64,000 nucleotides of DNA from an uncultured Bacilli bacterium. Lineage in GTDB: Bacteria; Bacillota_I; Bacilli_A; RF39; UBA660. Where the stretch lies: assembly GCA_934101625.1 (NCBI GenBank), contig CAKORV010000002.1:3503-67502 (forward strand), read 5' to 3'. Position 1 is the stretch's first letter; the number at the start of each line of letters is the position of its first letter. Below the pieces are notes generated by a model, which did not search any database, was not told the origin of the DNA, and saw only the letters and a list, made by a program, of their open reading frames with translations. The position numbers and the translations under genes were made by a program. This document shows positions 55,764 to 64,000 of this stretch, one piece after another.

Positions 55764-57497
55764 ATGTTAGGAGAATATTTATCATTAAAATTTATATTAT
55801 TGTTTTATAAAGATAAGTCTATGTTTATAAAGTATTTATTTGAAGATGGAATGCCAGATAGTTTTTATAATGAAATAGTTAGTAGGCTAGACAAGGGTGA
55901 TATTAAATTAGCATATTTATTAACTAAGAAAGATCCTTATAAAATAGTAAGTTATTTAAAAAATATTCCATATTATGAAACACTCGCATATTTTATAGAT
56001 TTAAATGATTATTATGAAACACCATTTAGATATATTAAAAGTATAATTGAAAAATTAAATACTATTCCTAGAGAGAATTTTCTTAATCAAACTGTTAAAG
56101 ATGAACCACGATGGAAACTTAGAAAGATAATGATATATACAGATGAAGGATTTATGTTACTTGCATATAAACTATATTTAACTCTTGGACTCAATAATAC
56201 ATTAGAATTATTAAATGGTATGTATGGAGAAGTAAGTTGCGAAACAGTTAATTTTATGTTTAATAATTGGAGTTCTATTGAAAAATATAATCAAATTTTA
56301 ATTAATTTTTTATTTAATAATAAGAAGAGTAATAACAATGTAATGAGATTAATGCTAAATGGAAAAGTTAATGAATTCTTTTTGAAGTTTCCTGAATTTA
56401 TAAGTAATTTAGATTATTATGTTGATAAGTTAGGTACTAGTTTACCTTTAACAAGAGTTTGTCAAATTTTAAATGATAGAATTATACCAAATAATCCATA
56501 TCATTCTAATATAACAAGTGATATTTATAATGATATGATACCTTCTTATAAACATAAATATATGTATGATGATTATGATGAAAAATATATTAAGAAAATA
56601 CATGATAAATTTTATGAAGAGAATTTAGAAAATATGTTTAGTTCATCTATTCCAGAGTTTAAATATACTGAAAATGATATTACATGTGAAGTGTTAAAAA
56701 AGAGTGATCCTAAAATACTTGTAATGGGTTATAGAACTAATAATTGTTTTAGAATTAATGGAGATGCATTAGTCTTGTTTAAAAAATCGGCTATGAATAA
56801 ACATATGAGAGTTATTTCTGTATCTACTAAAGAAAGAAGAGATATAGCAATGATGTTACTTTGTAGAAATGGTAATGTTCTTGTTGGTCAAGGTATAGAG
56901 ATTAGTAAATCTTTTCAAAATAAAGAGTATCGTGAAAAAATATATAATGCTTTAAAAAATACTTTAAAAGAAATAATGAATTATATGAATTTAAATAATG
57001 ACGAAATAGTAGCTACAATTATAGGCAATAGCAATGCAAATGTTATGGAATTTAATGATAATGTACTTTCATTTAGAGTTAAACCTATATTAGATGATGA
57101 AGGAAAGTATTATGATGGATTTAATCATTACCAATATTTGTTAGATTTAAAGGTAGGTAAAAGTCTTAGTGATTTAAAATTATTTCTACCAACTAAAGAA
57201 TATTATGATGAAAGAGCTTGTGTAAGTCATTATTATGATTTTAAGAATCAAGTAATTAAACCTTATGATGGTAGTAAGATTTTTTCAATATGCGAGAGAA
57301 ATAAATCTAAAAATTGGGCTCAATTGTATATTAGAAAAGATATAAAAGAATGTCATGTTGGACAAGATTGGTATATTATTCTTTTTGATGATGGAACAAT
57401 TATTGAAGAAAAGTGTGGTATGGATCCAAGAACTTTAGATGAAATTAAAGAATGTTACGAAAATATAAATGCAAAGAGAATGTCAAAAAGTATGTAA
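55764..57497 (+). CDS. Large cytoplasmic hypothetical protein (577 aa)
   Basis: ORF with a GAGGGGGA RBS. No TM helices and no domain recognised. Confidence 0.55.
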   Translation: MLGEYLSLKFILLFYKDKSMFIKYLFEDGMPDSFYNEIVSRLDKGDIKLAYLLTKKDPYKIVSYLKNIPYYETLAYFIDLNDYYETPFRYIKSIIEKLNTIPRENFLNQTVKDEPRWKLRKIMIYTDEGFMLLAYKLYLTLGLNNTLELLNGMYGEVSCETVNFMFNNWSSIEKYNQILINFLFNNKKSNNNVMRLMLNGKVNEFFLKFPEFISNLDYYVDKLGTSLPLTRVCQILNDRIIPNNPYHSNITSDIYNDMIPSYKHKYMYDDYDEKYIKKIHDKFYEENLENMFSSSIPEFKYTENDITCEVLKKSDPKILVMGYRTNNCFRINGDALVLFKKSAMNKHMRVISVSTKERRDIAMMLLCRNGNVLVGQGIEISKSFQNKEYREKIYNALKNTLKEIMNYMNLNNDEIVATIIGNSNANVMEFNDNVLSFRVKPILDDEGKYYDGFNHYQYLLDLKVGKSLSDLKLFLPTKEYYDERACVSHYYDFKNQVIKPYDGSKIFSICERNKSKNWAQLYIRKDIKECHVGQDWYIILFDDGTIIEEKCGMDPRTLDEIKECYENINAKRMSKSM

Positions 57498-57547
57498 TAA
57501 CTTTACATGCTTTTTATATGGTAGTATTATTTAACTAGGTGATAAAA

Positions 57548-58054
57548 ATGGAAAAGAAGAAAACTAAAAAAGAGATTGTTAAAATGTTACTTAATCAAAA
57601 TTTGGAAACTGAAGATGAAGAAGAGTTAATTGATTTATTAATAGATAATTCTATAGCAGTTGATGTTGATAAACAAGATAAGGATAATGAAAAGTTTGGG
57701 GATAGGGTTGCTGATAAAATAACAGAGTTTGCTGGTAGTTGGGGATTTATATTAGGTTTTACTATGTTTTTAATACTTTGGATTATATTAAATTTGACTA
57801 TTTTTAAAAATTTAGATCCATATCCTTTTATATTATTAAATCTATTATTATCTTGTATTGCTGCTTTACAAGCACCTATTATTATGATGAGTCAAAATCG
57901 CGCAGCTAAAAAAGATAGCATGAGAAGTAAAAATGATTATAAGACTGACTTAAAAAGTGAATTAATATTAGAAGAGTTACATGATAAAATGGAGAAGATT
58001 ATATCAAATCAAAATAAGATATTAAAGGAGTTAAGTAAACAAAGTGACAAGTGA
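57548..58054 (+). CDS. DUF1003-family membrane protein
   Basis: 'FGDRVADKITEFAGSWGFILGF...DPYPFILLNLLLSCIAALQAPIIMMSQNR' matches the DUF1003 signature. The ATG at 57548 has an AGGTGA RBS; the ORF track GTG is at 57539. Confidence 0.75.
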   Translation: MEKKKTKKEIVKMLLNQNLETEDEEELIDLLIDNSIAVDVDKQDKDNEKFGDRVADKITEFAGSWGFILGFTMFLILWIILNLTIFKNLDPYPFILLNLLLSCIAALQAPIIMMSQNRAAKKDSMRSKNDYKTDLKSELILEELHDKMEKIISNQNKILKELSKQSDK

Positions 58055-58074
58055 TAAGAAATTCACTTGTTTTT
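58047..58074 (+). terminator. Rho-independent terminator
   Basis: ACAAGTGA-taagaaat-TCACTTGT plus TTTT. Confidence 0.65.
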
Positions 58075-58166
58075 ATGTGGTATTTTAAATATAAAAGAAA
58101 AAGGCCTAATTTGACGGGTATGTCTTTTTGTGATAGAATAAGCTTTCGAGGAAGAAGGAGAATTTT

Positions 58167-59096
58167 ATGAAGAATTTTGAATTAACACTTTTATCAGCTG
58201 ATCAAGTGTGGGGAAGTGAAGAAGAAAAACAATTAGATGTTTTAAAAAGATATGGAACTAGTGCATTAATTACAGATTTAACAGCATTAACTGGTATACT
58301 TTACTATGATGATATTGTCTATACAGAATTATTTAATAATCATGAAATAAAGGGAAGTTATTGGACTAAATCAATTAATAATGAGCATAAAAGAATAGTT
58401 ACTTGTCGTAAGGATGGTGATAAATCAGTTACTTCTGAATCATATAGAGATGAAGGTATTCGTCCTGTTTTAAAGTCTAGTAAAGTATTTAATGAAGTGT
58501 ATTCTAAAAGAAAATTAGGAGAAAATAATGTTTATGAGGTGGAATATGGGGAGTATCCTCAAACATTAGCAGATAAAACAGACCAAATTAAGTTAGAAAA
58601 GATTTATTTATTAGAACAATTGAAAAAAGAAGAATATAGAAAAAAAATGAAGAAAACAGGAAAGGTTTATACATTTGATTCTTTATCTGCTGCACCACAA
58701 AATTGGAATAGAGAAATAAAACCTATTTCTTATGATGAATTTTCTTATAAGAATCAAAAATATATTAGAATATGGGAAAATTGTGATCGTTATCTTTGGA
58801 TAAAGGTTGAACCAATTACTTGGCTAATTGATGAAGAAACTAAATCTCTTGTTTCTAAAAAGATTTTATTATCAGGTATAAGATTTGCACCAAAATCAAG
58901 TGAAAATATAGATTTTGAAAAGACTGATATGAAATATTATTTAGATAATTTTATGGCATATGAAATATTGACACAAGAGTCACTAGAGTACGTTAATAAA
59001 AGATTAAAAGAAATAAATAAAGAGTTAAGTGAATTAGAATCTTTAAAAGAAAAATTATTAAAAGAACAAAATGGAAAGAAATTGATTCAAAAATAA
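58167..59096 (+). CDS. Hypothetical protein (309 aa) with a C-terminal coiled coil
   Basis: ORF with a GGAAGAAGGAG RBS. It sits where secE–nusG usually precede rplK but is unrelated to NusG. Confidence 0.55.
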   Translation: MKNFELTLLSADQVWGSEEEKQLDVLKRYGTSALITDLTALTGILYYDDIVYTELFNNHEIKGSYWTKSINNEHKRIVTCRKDGDKSVTSESYRDEGIRPVLKSSKVFNEVYSKRKLGENNVYEVEYGEYPQTLADKTDQIKLEKIYLLEQLKKEEYRKKMKKTGKVYTFDSLSAAPQNWNREIKPISYDEFSYKNQKYIRIWENCDRYLWIKVEPITWLIDEETKSLVSKKILLSGIRFAPKSSENIDFEKTDMKYYLDNFMAYEILTQESLEYVNKRLKEINKELSELESLKEKLLKEQNGKKLIQK

Positions 59097-59282
59097 AAAT
59101 GCTTATAAAATCGGCTTAAAATAAGAAAATAACAAAACTGGGTTGAAAAATAAGGTATTTTGTGATATTATTTGAAGCGAGTTATATATTTATTATGTAA
59201 CTAAATAAGTGGGAGAGAATTTGGATTACTTGATAAACCACTCGCGAAATTTACTAAATAAAATTTATAGGAGGTGTTTTTC

Positions 59283-59876
59283 GTGGCAAAGAAAGTTACT
59301 AAAGTCGTTAAGATTCAAATCCCTGCAGGTAAAGCAACACCAGCTCCACCAGTAGGTACTATTTTCGGACCTTTAGGAATTAATCTACAAGAATTTTGTA
59401 CAAGATATAATGATGCAACTAGAGAAAAAATGGGAGATATAATTCCAGTTGAAGTTACTGTTTTCGAAGATAGAAGTTTTGATTTCGTACTTAAGACTCC
59501 ACCAACTGCTTCATTATTATTAAAGGCAGCTAAATTACAAAAAGGTGGTGTTAAAGGCGCTAATGAAATAGTTGCTACTATAACTAAGGATCAATTAAGA
59601 GAAATAGCAGAAATTAAATTACCAGATGAAAATACTAATAATATTGATGCTGTTATGAGAACTATTGCTGGAACAGCAAGAAATATGGGAATTGCTGTTA
59701 AAGGATTAAATGATGTAGAACTTGAAGAACAAGCAGAAGAAGCTAAAGAAGCTGAAGCTGAAATGGCTAAGTTAGATGAAGAACTAGCTGAAATGGAAGC
59801 AAATGCTAAAGCTATGGCTGATCAAGATGTTCCTGAAGTTGAATCAACTGAACAAAAACAAGAAACAGAAGAATAA
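59283..59876 (+). CDS. rplK: 50S ribosomal protein L11 with an unusual ~55-aa acidic C-terminal extension
   Basis: GTG start with an AGGAGGTG RBS. 'AKKVTKVVKIQIPAGKATPAPPVGTIFGPLGIN' is the L11 N-terminus. After 'GTARNMGIAVKG', where L11 normally ends, the frame continues 'LNDVELEEQAEEAKEAEAEMAKLDEELAEMEANAKAMADQDVPEVESTEQKQETEE'. Confidence 0.88.
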   Translation: MAKKVTKVVKIQIPAGKATPAPPVGTIFGPLGINLQEFCTRYNDATREKMGDIIPVEVTVFEDRSFDFVLKTPPTASLLLKAAKLQKGGVKGANEIVATITKDQLREIAEIKLPDENTNNIDAVMRTIAGTARNMGIAVKGLNDVELEEQAEEAKEAEAEMAKLDEELAEMEANAKAMADQDVPEVESTEQKQETEE

Positions 59877-59933
59877 TTTAAAGTCGAGTAAAGTAATATA
59901 ATAATCCAAATACCACATAAAGGAGGGAAAAAT

Positions 59934-60623
59934 ATGAAACGTCATGGACGTGCTTATGTGGAAGCTTCTAAGAGTGTAGATAAAACTAAAGCATATACAC
60001 CAGAAGAAGCGGTTAAATTAGTAAAGTCTCTTTCAAAAAGAAAATTTGACGAAACTGTTGAAGTAGCATTAAATTTAAATATTGATACTACTAAGAGTGA
60101 TCAACAAGTAAGAAGTAGTTTTACATTACCTCATGGTACTGGTAAAACTAAAAAAATCTTAGTTGTTACTAAAACTAAAGCAGAAGAAGCTAAGAAAGCT
60201 GGAGCTGACTTTGTAGGAGCAGAAGAAATCGTTGAAAAGATTGGAAAAGAAAACTGGTTTGATTACGACATCATAGTTGCAACACCTGAAATGATGGTTA
60301 GCCTTGGTAAATTAGGTAAAGTATTAGGACCTAAAGGATTAATGCCTAACCCTAAAACAGGAACAGTTACAACTAATGTAGAAGCTGCTATTGAAAATAT
60401 CAAAAAAGGTATGATTGAGTATCGTGCAGATTCAAACGGAAACGTTCACGCTATCGTTGGTAAAGTAAGTTTTGATGAAAAAGCATTAACTGAAAACTTA
60501 GTTGCTTTCATTAATGAAGTTATCAAAAATAAACCAAGTGGTGTAAAGGGAACTTTTGTTAAAAATATAACAATATCTTCAACAATGGGTCCTGGTGTTA
60601 AATTAGATTTAACAAATTTCTAA
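59934..60623 (+). CDS. rplA: 50S ribosomal protein L1
   Basis: 229 aa with 'FDETVEVALNLNIDTTKSDQQVRSSFTLPHGTGK'. Confidence 0.95.
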   Translation: MKRHGRAYVEASKSVDKTKAYTPEEAVKLVKSLSKRKFDETVEVALNLNIDTTKSDQQVRSSFTLPHGTGKTKKILVVTKTKAEEAKKAGADFVGAEEIVEKIGKENWFDYDIIVATPEMMVSLGKLGKVLGPKGLMPNPKTGTVTTNVEAAIENIKKGMIEYRADSNGNVHAIVGKVSFDEKALTENLVAFINEVIKNKPSGVKGTFVKNITISSTMGPGVKLDLTNF

Positions 60624-60639
60624 TTAACTATTTACAAAT

Positions 60640-60765
60640 GAACTAAAATGTTATAAAATACATTTTGTAGTTGGCCGTAGACAGTAGGTATAAAAATAAA
60701 TCCTACCGAGGAAATACTTTTTATAGTTTTCCTTGTGCGGAAAACTTTTTTCAATAATAAAGGAG
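60640..60765 (+). promoter_or_regulatory. L10 (rplJ) leader / autoregulatory attenuator
   Basis: ~145-nt structured leader before rplJ. It ends in the terminator GTTTTCC-ttgtgc-GGAAAAC plus TTTTTT at 60726..60751, matching the Firmicute L10-leader arrangement. Confidence 0.6.
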
Positions 60766-60771
60766 GAAACT

Positions 60772-61275
60772 ATGGCAAGTGAAAAAAGTCTAGGACTTAA
60801 AAAAGCTCAAGTTCAAGAAATTTGTGATAAACTTGATAATGCTAATACTTTATTATTAGTAGATTATCAAGGTATGACAGTTAAAGAACTTAGTGATTTA
60901 AGACAAAGTCTTAAGAGTAGTGGTAGTGATTTAAAAGTATATAAAAATACTTTAGCTAACTTAGCTCTTAAAGATAAAAATATTAAGTTAGATGACTATA
61001 TGACTGGTCCTAATGCTTACATCTTTAGTAAAGACATTATTGAACCTATTAAATTAGTTAGTGAAGTAGCTAAGAAAAATGAAAACTTATCTATTAAAGC
61101 TGGTTATATTAATGGTGAATTTGCTAGTGTTGAAACTATTAATGAATATGCATCAATACCAAGTTACGAAGGACTTCTTACTATGTTTGCTGGTGGCTTA
61201 ATTGAACATGTAAGAAACTTATCAATAGCATTAAACTTATATGCCGAAAAACAAGAAAAGGGAGGAAATGAATAA
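60772..61275 (+). CDS. rplJ: 50S ribosomal protein L10
   Basis: ATG at 60772 after an AAAGGAGGAAAC RBS. The ORF track start at 60733 would include the leader terminator. Confidence 0.9.
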   Translation: MASEKSLGLKKAQVQEICDKLDNANTLLLVDYQGMTVKELSDLRQSLKSSGSDLKVYKNTLANLALKDKNIKLDDYMTGPNAYIFSKDIIEPIKLVSEVAKKNENLSIKAGYINGEFASVETINEYASIPSYEGLLTMFAGGLIEHVRNLSIALNLYAEKQEKGGNE

Positions 61276-61643
61276 TGGCAAAAATTGAAAATAAAGATAT
61301 TATCGAAGCTATCAAAGAAAAGACTATTCTAGAAGTTAAAGAATTAGTTGATATGATGAAAGAAGAATTTGGAGTAGATCCAAGTGCTGTAGCTGTAGCA
61401 GCTGCTCCAGCAGCTAGCGCTGAAGATGAAGGAGACGTAACTAAGACTGTAGTTTTAACTGCTGCTGGTGCTCAAAAATTACAAGTTATTAAAATTGTAA
61501 GAGAAATCACTGGTTTAGGTCTTAAAGAAGCTAAAGATGTTGCTGATAATGGTGGTAACATTAAAGAAAACGTTTCTATGGATGAAGCTAATGAAATTAA
61601 AGCTAAATTAGAAGAAGCTGGCGCTACTGTAGAATTAAAGTAG
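61275..61643 (+). CDS. rplL: 50S ribosomal protein L7/L12
   Basis: '[34 protein letters not shown]...AAAPAA...' hinge and a C-terminal domain ending '[10 protein letters not shown]'. Confidence 0.95.
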   Translation: MAKIENKDIIEAIKEKTILEVKELVDMMKEEFGVDPSAVAVAAAPAASAEDEGDVTKTVVLTAAGAQKLQVIKIVREITGLGLKEAKDVADNGGNIKENVSMDEANEIKAKLEEAGATVELK

Positions 61644-61657
61644 TTTATAATTGTTAA

Positions 61658-61689
61658 AGACAGGTCTTGAAAATAGACTTGTCTTTTTG
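61658..61689 (+). terminator. Rho-independent terminator after rplL
   Basis: AGACAGGTCT-tgaaaat-AGACTTGTCT (1 mismatch) plus TTTT. Followed by an extended -10 TGTATAAT. Confidence 0.7.
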
Positions 61690-61718
61690 TATAATATGTT
61701 TACATAGGAGGTTTTATT

Positions 61719-62048
61719 ATGATAGATAAGGTACAAAGATTAAATTTTCAAAGAGAATCGATTGAAAGAATGTTACTCGAAAAATCGTTACTTATTGAAG
61801 ATTGTGCTAGTGAGATTGACAATATTAATTGTGAGTTAGATATATTATATAAAAATTTAAATGATAAATTAGAAAAGAATGATAATACTTTGCTTTTAAA
61901 AAAAATATCAGATTTGAATAAAAGAAAAAAGATTATAATGGAAAAATATAAAAAGGAATTAGTTACTTTTAAGAGAGCAATAACTAGATTAGATAAATTA
62001 AGTAAAAGTATAAGTGAAGAGTTAAACAAAACTTTAAAGTTAAAATAA
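61719..62048 (+). CDS. Small coiled-coil protein, family member 1 (109 aa)
   Basis: Own promoter (TGTATAAT) and a GGAGG RBS. Paralogous to 62200..62532 and, more distantly, 63036..63386. Confidence 0.6.
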   Translation: MIDKVQRLNFQRESIERMLLEKSLLIEDCASEIDNINCELDILYKNLNDKLEKNDNTLLLKKISDLNKRKKIIMEKYKKELVTFKRAITRLDKLSKSISEELNKTLKLK

Positions 62049-62104
62049 GCAGATTATATTATTTGGTATACTCTGTTTTATTTTATAAAACTTATAAAAA
62101 CTAA

Positions 62105-62133
62105 TTGACAAACATATGTGCTTAATGTATAAT
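62105..62133 (+). promoter_or_regulatory. Consensus sigma-A promoter TTGACA-17-TATAAT
   Basis: ttgaca at 62105-62110, 17-nt spacer, tataat at 62128-62133. Followed by a 7-nt inverted repeat (CTTAATG/CATTAAG) that spans the -10 and the 5' UTR. Confidence 0.6.
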
Positions 62134-62199
62134 TTAATTATGGTTAAGGAAATTCTGGTATTTTATGCATTAAGTTTTATGATTTAGGAGGTTTTGTAG

Positions 62200-62532
62200 A
62201 TGAATATGGATAGTGTTAAAGAATTAGAATTCTATAAAAATGTTCTAGATAAAAAAATAAAAGAAAAAAAGAAAATACTTGATAAATATTTAAAAGAAAT
62301 AGCTATTCTTGAATGCTCAATTGATACAATGTTAACCGATGATTTGTCTGAAGAAAATAAGGATAAATTATTACCAAGAAAAATAAGTGTTTTAACGAGA
62401 AAAAGAGATGAATTAAATACTTTATATAATAAAGAAAATATGTTATATAATGGTTTGATGAAAAAATATGAATTAACTTTAGAAAAATTAAAGTTATTAA
62501 ATGAAGAATTGACAATTAGTGTTAAAAAATAA
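62200..62532 (+). CDS. Small coiled-coil protein, family member 2 (110 aa)
   Basis: GGAGG RBS. It shares the 'KDKLLPRKISVLTRKR...LYNKE' pattern with member 1 ('LLLKKISDLNKRK...KYKKE'). Confidence 0.6.
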   Translation: MNMDSVKELEFYKNVLDKKIKEKKKILDKYLKEIAILECSIDTMLTDDLSEENKDKLLPRKISVLTRKRDELNTLYNKENMLYNGLMKKYELTLEKLKLLNEELTISVKK

Positions 62533-62551
62533 TTTACAAAAGGAAAATAAT

Positions 62552-63031
62552 ATGAATGGAATTTTAAAACATAAAGAAGAAACGACAAAAAGAATACAGA
62601 TGTTAACTGAAGAATTTAATTTATCTTATATTAATAATTTTAAAAGTAAAAAACAATATTATAAATTAAGTGATCTTTTGTATAGAAAGCCTGATAATTT
62701 AGAAATTAAAAATCGTTTTAAAGTTGCTAGAAAAATAAAGGAACAAAATGAAAAGAAATATTATCAGATGCTTCATAAAGTAGATTTATTTTATAAGAAA
62801 AATAGACAATTGGTATTTGCATTTGAAAGTGGAAATTATTACGTAAAATATTCTTTTTTTACTAATGAATTATTTGCTGAAAATAATTTAGGGGATGAGA
62901 TTTTAGTTAATTTAGATTATCATAAAGATTCTTTAGTTATAATTGATAAAATAATTACTGAAAATTATTTAAATACGATAGAAAAAATAAAAATATTTTT
63001 TAGTAGAAGAGTTTACGAATTAAAAAGGTGA
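62552..63031 (+). CDS. Hypothetical protein (159 aa from the ATG at 62552)
   Basis: AAAGGAAAA RBS; the ORF track starts at 62519. Appears to be in an operon with the flanking small genes. Confidence 0.5.
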   Translation: MNGILKHKEETTKRIQMLTEEFNLSYINNFKSKKQYYKLSDLLYRKPDNLEIKNRFKVARKIKEQNEKKYYQMLHKVDLFYKKNRQLVFAFESGNYYVKYSFFTNELFAENNLGDEILVNLDYHKDSLVIIDKIITENYLNTIEKIKIFFSRRVYELKR

Positions 63032-63035
63032 AAAT

Positions 63036-63386
63036 ATGAATAAATATTTAGATGAAGAATTAGCAAAATATAAAAGAAAAAGTCATGTTTTAAATCATGA
63101 AATAAGAAAACAAAATATAAAAATTACTAAGTTAAAAAATGAAAGAGAACTTTTAGGTTCTATATTAACGGCTGTTAAATCAAATAAAAATCATTATGAA
63201 ATTGAAAGGACTATAAAAAAAATAAACAGATTAGATGCAAAAATTAGAAAATATGAATTGATAATGTTGAAAATGGAATTAACGGAGTTTTTTAATAGTG
63301 CAAAATTACAAGAACTTAAAATCTTGGATGAAAGCAGAAATAAAACTGATAGAGATGTACTACATTTAAGACATGATATGGTGTAA
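63036..63386 (+). CDS. Small coiled-coil protein, family member 3 (116 aa)
   Basis: 'KKINRLDAKIRKYELIMLKMELTEF' resembles 'KKISDLNKRKKIIMEKYKKELVTF' of member 1. Confidence 0.5.
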   Translation: MNKYLDEELAKYKRKSHVLNHEIRKQNIKITKLKNERELLGSILTAVKSNKNHYEIERTIKKINRLDAKIRKYELIMLKMELTEFFNSAKLQELKILDESRNKTDRDVLHLRHDMV

Positions 63387-63395
63387 AGGAGAAAT

Positions 63396-63986
63396 ATGGA
63401 ACATTATTTTACAAATAATGAAAATTTAAAAAGTGAGATAAGAACTATTAATTATAGCTATGATGCAAATGATTTTGTGTTTTTATCAGATTTAGGAGTC
63501 TTTTCTAAAGATAAGATTGATTATGGTTCTAAAGTTCTAGTAGAAAACTATTTAAAATATAATCATAATAATAAAAAAATATTAGATGTAGGATGTGGGT
63601 ATGGATTTATTGGTATTGTATTATCTAAAGTTACAAATAGTTATGTGGAAATGGTTGATGTGAATAAGAGAGCATTACATTTGACTGAAAGAAATATAAA
63701 CGAAAATAAAGTTAATGCTAAAGCTTATATGAGTGATGCTTACCAGAGTGTTAAAGATAAATATGATGTTATTATTACAAATCCACCTATAAGAGCAGGC
63801 AAAGAAAAGGTTTTGGAGATACTTAATGGTTCAGTTGAACATCTGAATCCTGGTGGAGAATTATGGTTTGTTATAAGAAAAGACCAGGGAGCAAAAAGTA
63901 TAGTAAAAGTACTTAATAAAGAACTAATTGTTGAAAACACAGAAAAAAGTAAAGGATTTTATATTTTTCGTGCTAAAAAGTATTGA
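63396..63986 (+). CDS. Class I SAM-dependent rRNA (guanine-N2) methyltransferase, RsmC/YbxB-like
   Basis: 'ILDVGCGYGFIG' motif I and the 'ITNPPI' N-methyltransferase motif. Its position after rplL is the same as ybxB in Bacillus. Confidence 0.8.
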   Translation: MEHYFTNNENLKSEIRTINYSYDANDFVFLSDLGVFSKDKIDYGSKVLVENYLKYNHNNKKILDVGCGYGFIGIVLSKVTNSYVEMVDVNKRALHLTERNINENKVNAKAYMSDAYQSVKDKYDVIITNPPIRAGKEKVLEILNGSVEHLNPGGELWFVIRKDQGAKSIVKVLNKELIVENTEKSKGFYIFRAKKY

Positions 63987-64000
63987 AAAGTTTACAGTTT

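Noticed and set aside
58076-58171. 31-aa ORF (MWYFKYKRK...) overlapping the start of the 309-aa gene
   Set aside because: It has no RBS, begins right after a terminator and is an arginine/lysine-rich low-complexity frame.
1-64000. CRISPR arrays, rRNA genes, IS elements and integrases
   Set aside because: No spaced direct repeats, rRNA-like conserved stretches or transposase/integrase-like ORFs were found on either strand.

Overview
This is a very AT-rich (roughly 25–30% GC by eye) stretch of a bacterial chromosome that uses the standard genetic code. It almost certainly comes from a low-GC, spore-forming Firmicute, because yqfC/yqfD and spoIVA homologues are present. Most of the window is densely packed plus-strand housekeeping genes.

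Main contents, in order:
- Two T-box riboswitch leaders, one upstream of an archaeal-type proS and one upstream of an operon of a phage-T4-gp1-like dNMP kinase plus an unusually short alaS.
- tRNA-Ala(UGC) on the minus strand and tRNA-Ser(GCU) on the plus strand.
- A Y-family polymerase and YolD-like pair on the minus strand.
- Two tandem MacB-like ATPase/permease fusion transporters, then recD2 and an AI-2E family transporter.
- The rlmN–yqfC–yqfD–VanZ–ybeY–cdd–era–yqzL–recO block.
- A CBS-domain family II pyrophosphatase, then rpsO–pnp–trmL, spoIVA and hup.
- A ~14 kb cell-wall polysaccharide locus (LCP protein, glycosyltransferases, a WbpA/B/E/D-like UDP-2,3-diacetamido-hexuronate pathway, Wzy, Wzx). 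It ends in a frameshifted acetyltransferase with a G6 tract and a galE remnant.
- An accessory operon led by an orphan Hpt–receiver protein, followed by a membrane-anchored YvpB-like C39 peptidase and a sortase-anchored beta-helix surface protein.
- rplK–rplA–(L10 leader)–rplJ–rplL.

The least explained parts are:
- A family of small coiled-coil proteins with their own consensus promoters, inserted between rplL and a ybxB-like methyltransferase.
- The Hpt–REC/peptidase operon.
- An L11 carrying a 55-aa acidic tail.
- The dNMP-kinase + truncated AlaRS operon.
- Two small coupled cassettes of unknown function at 111–1390 and 5420–6326.

No CRISPR array, rRNA or clear mobile element was seen.
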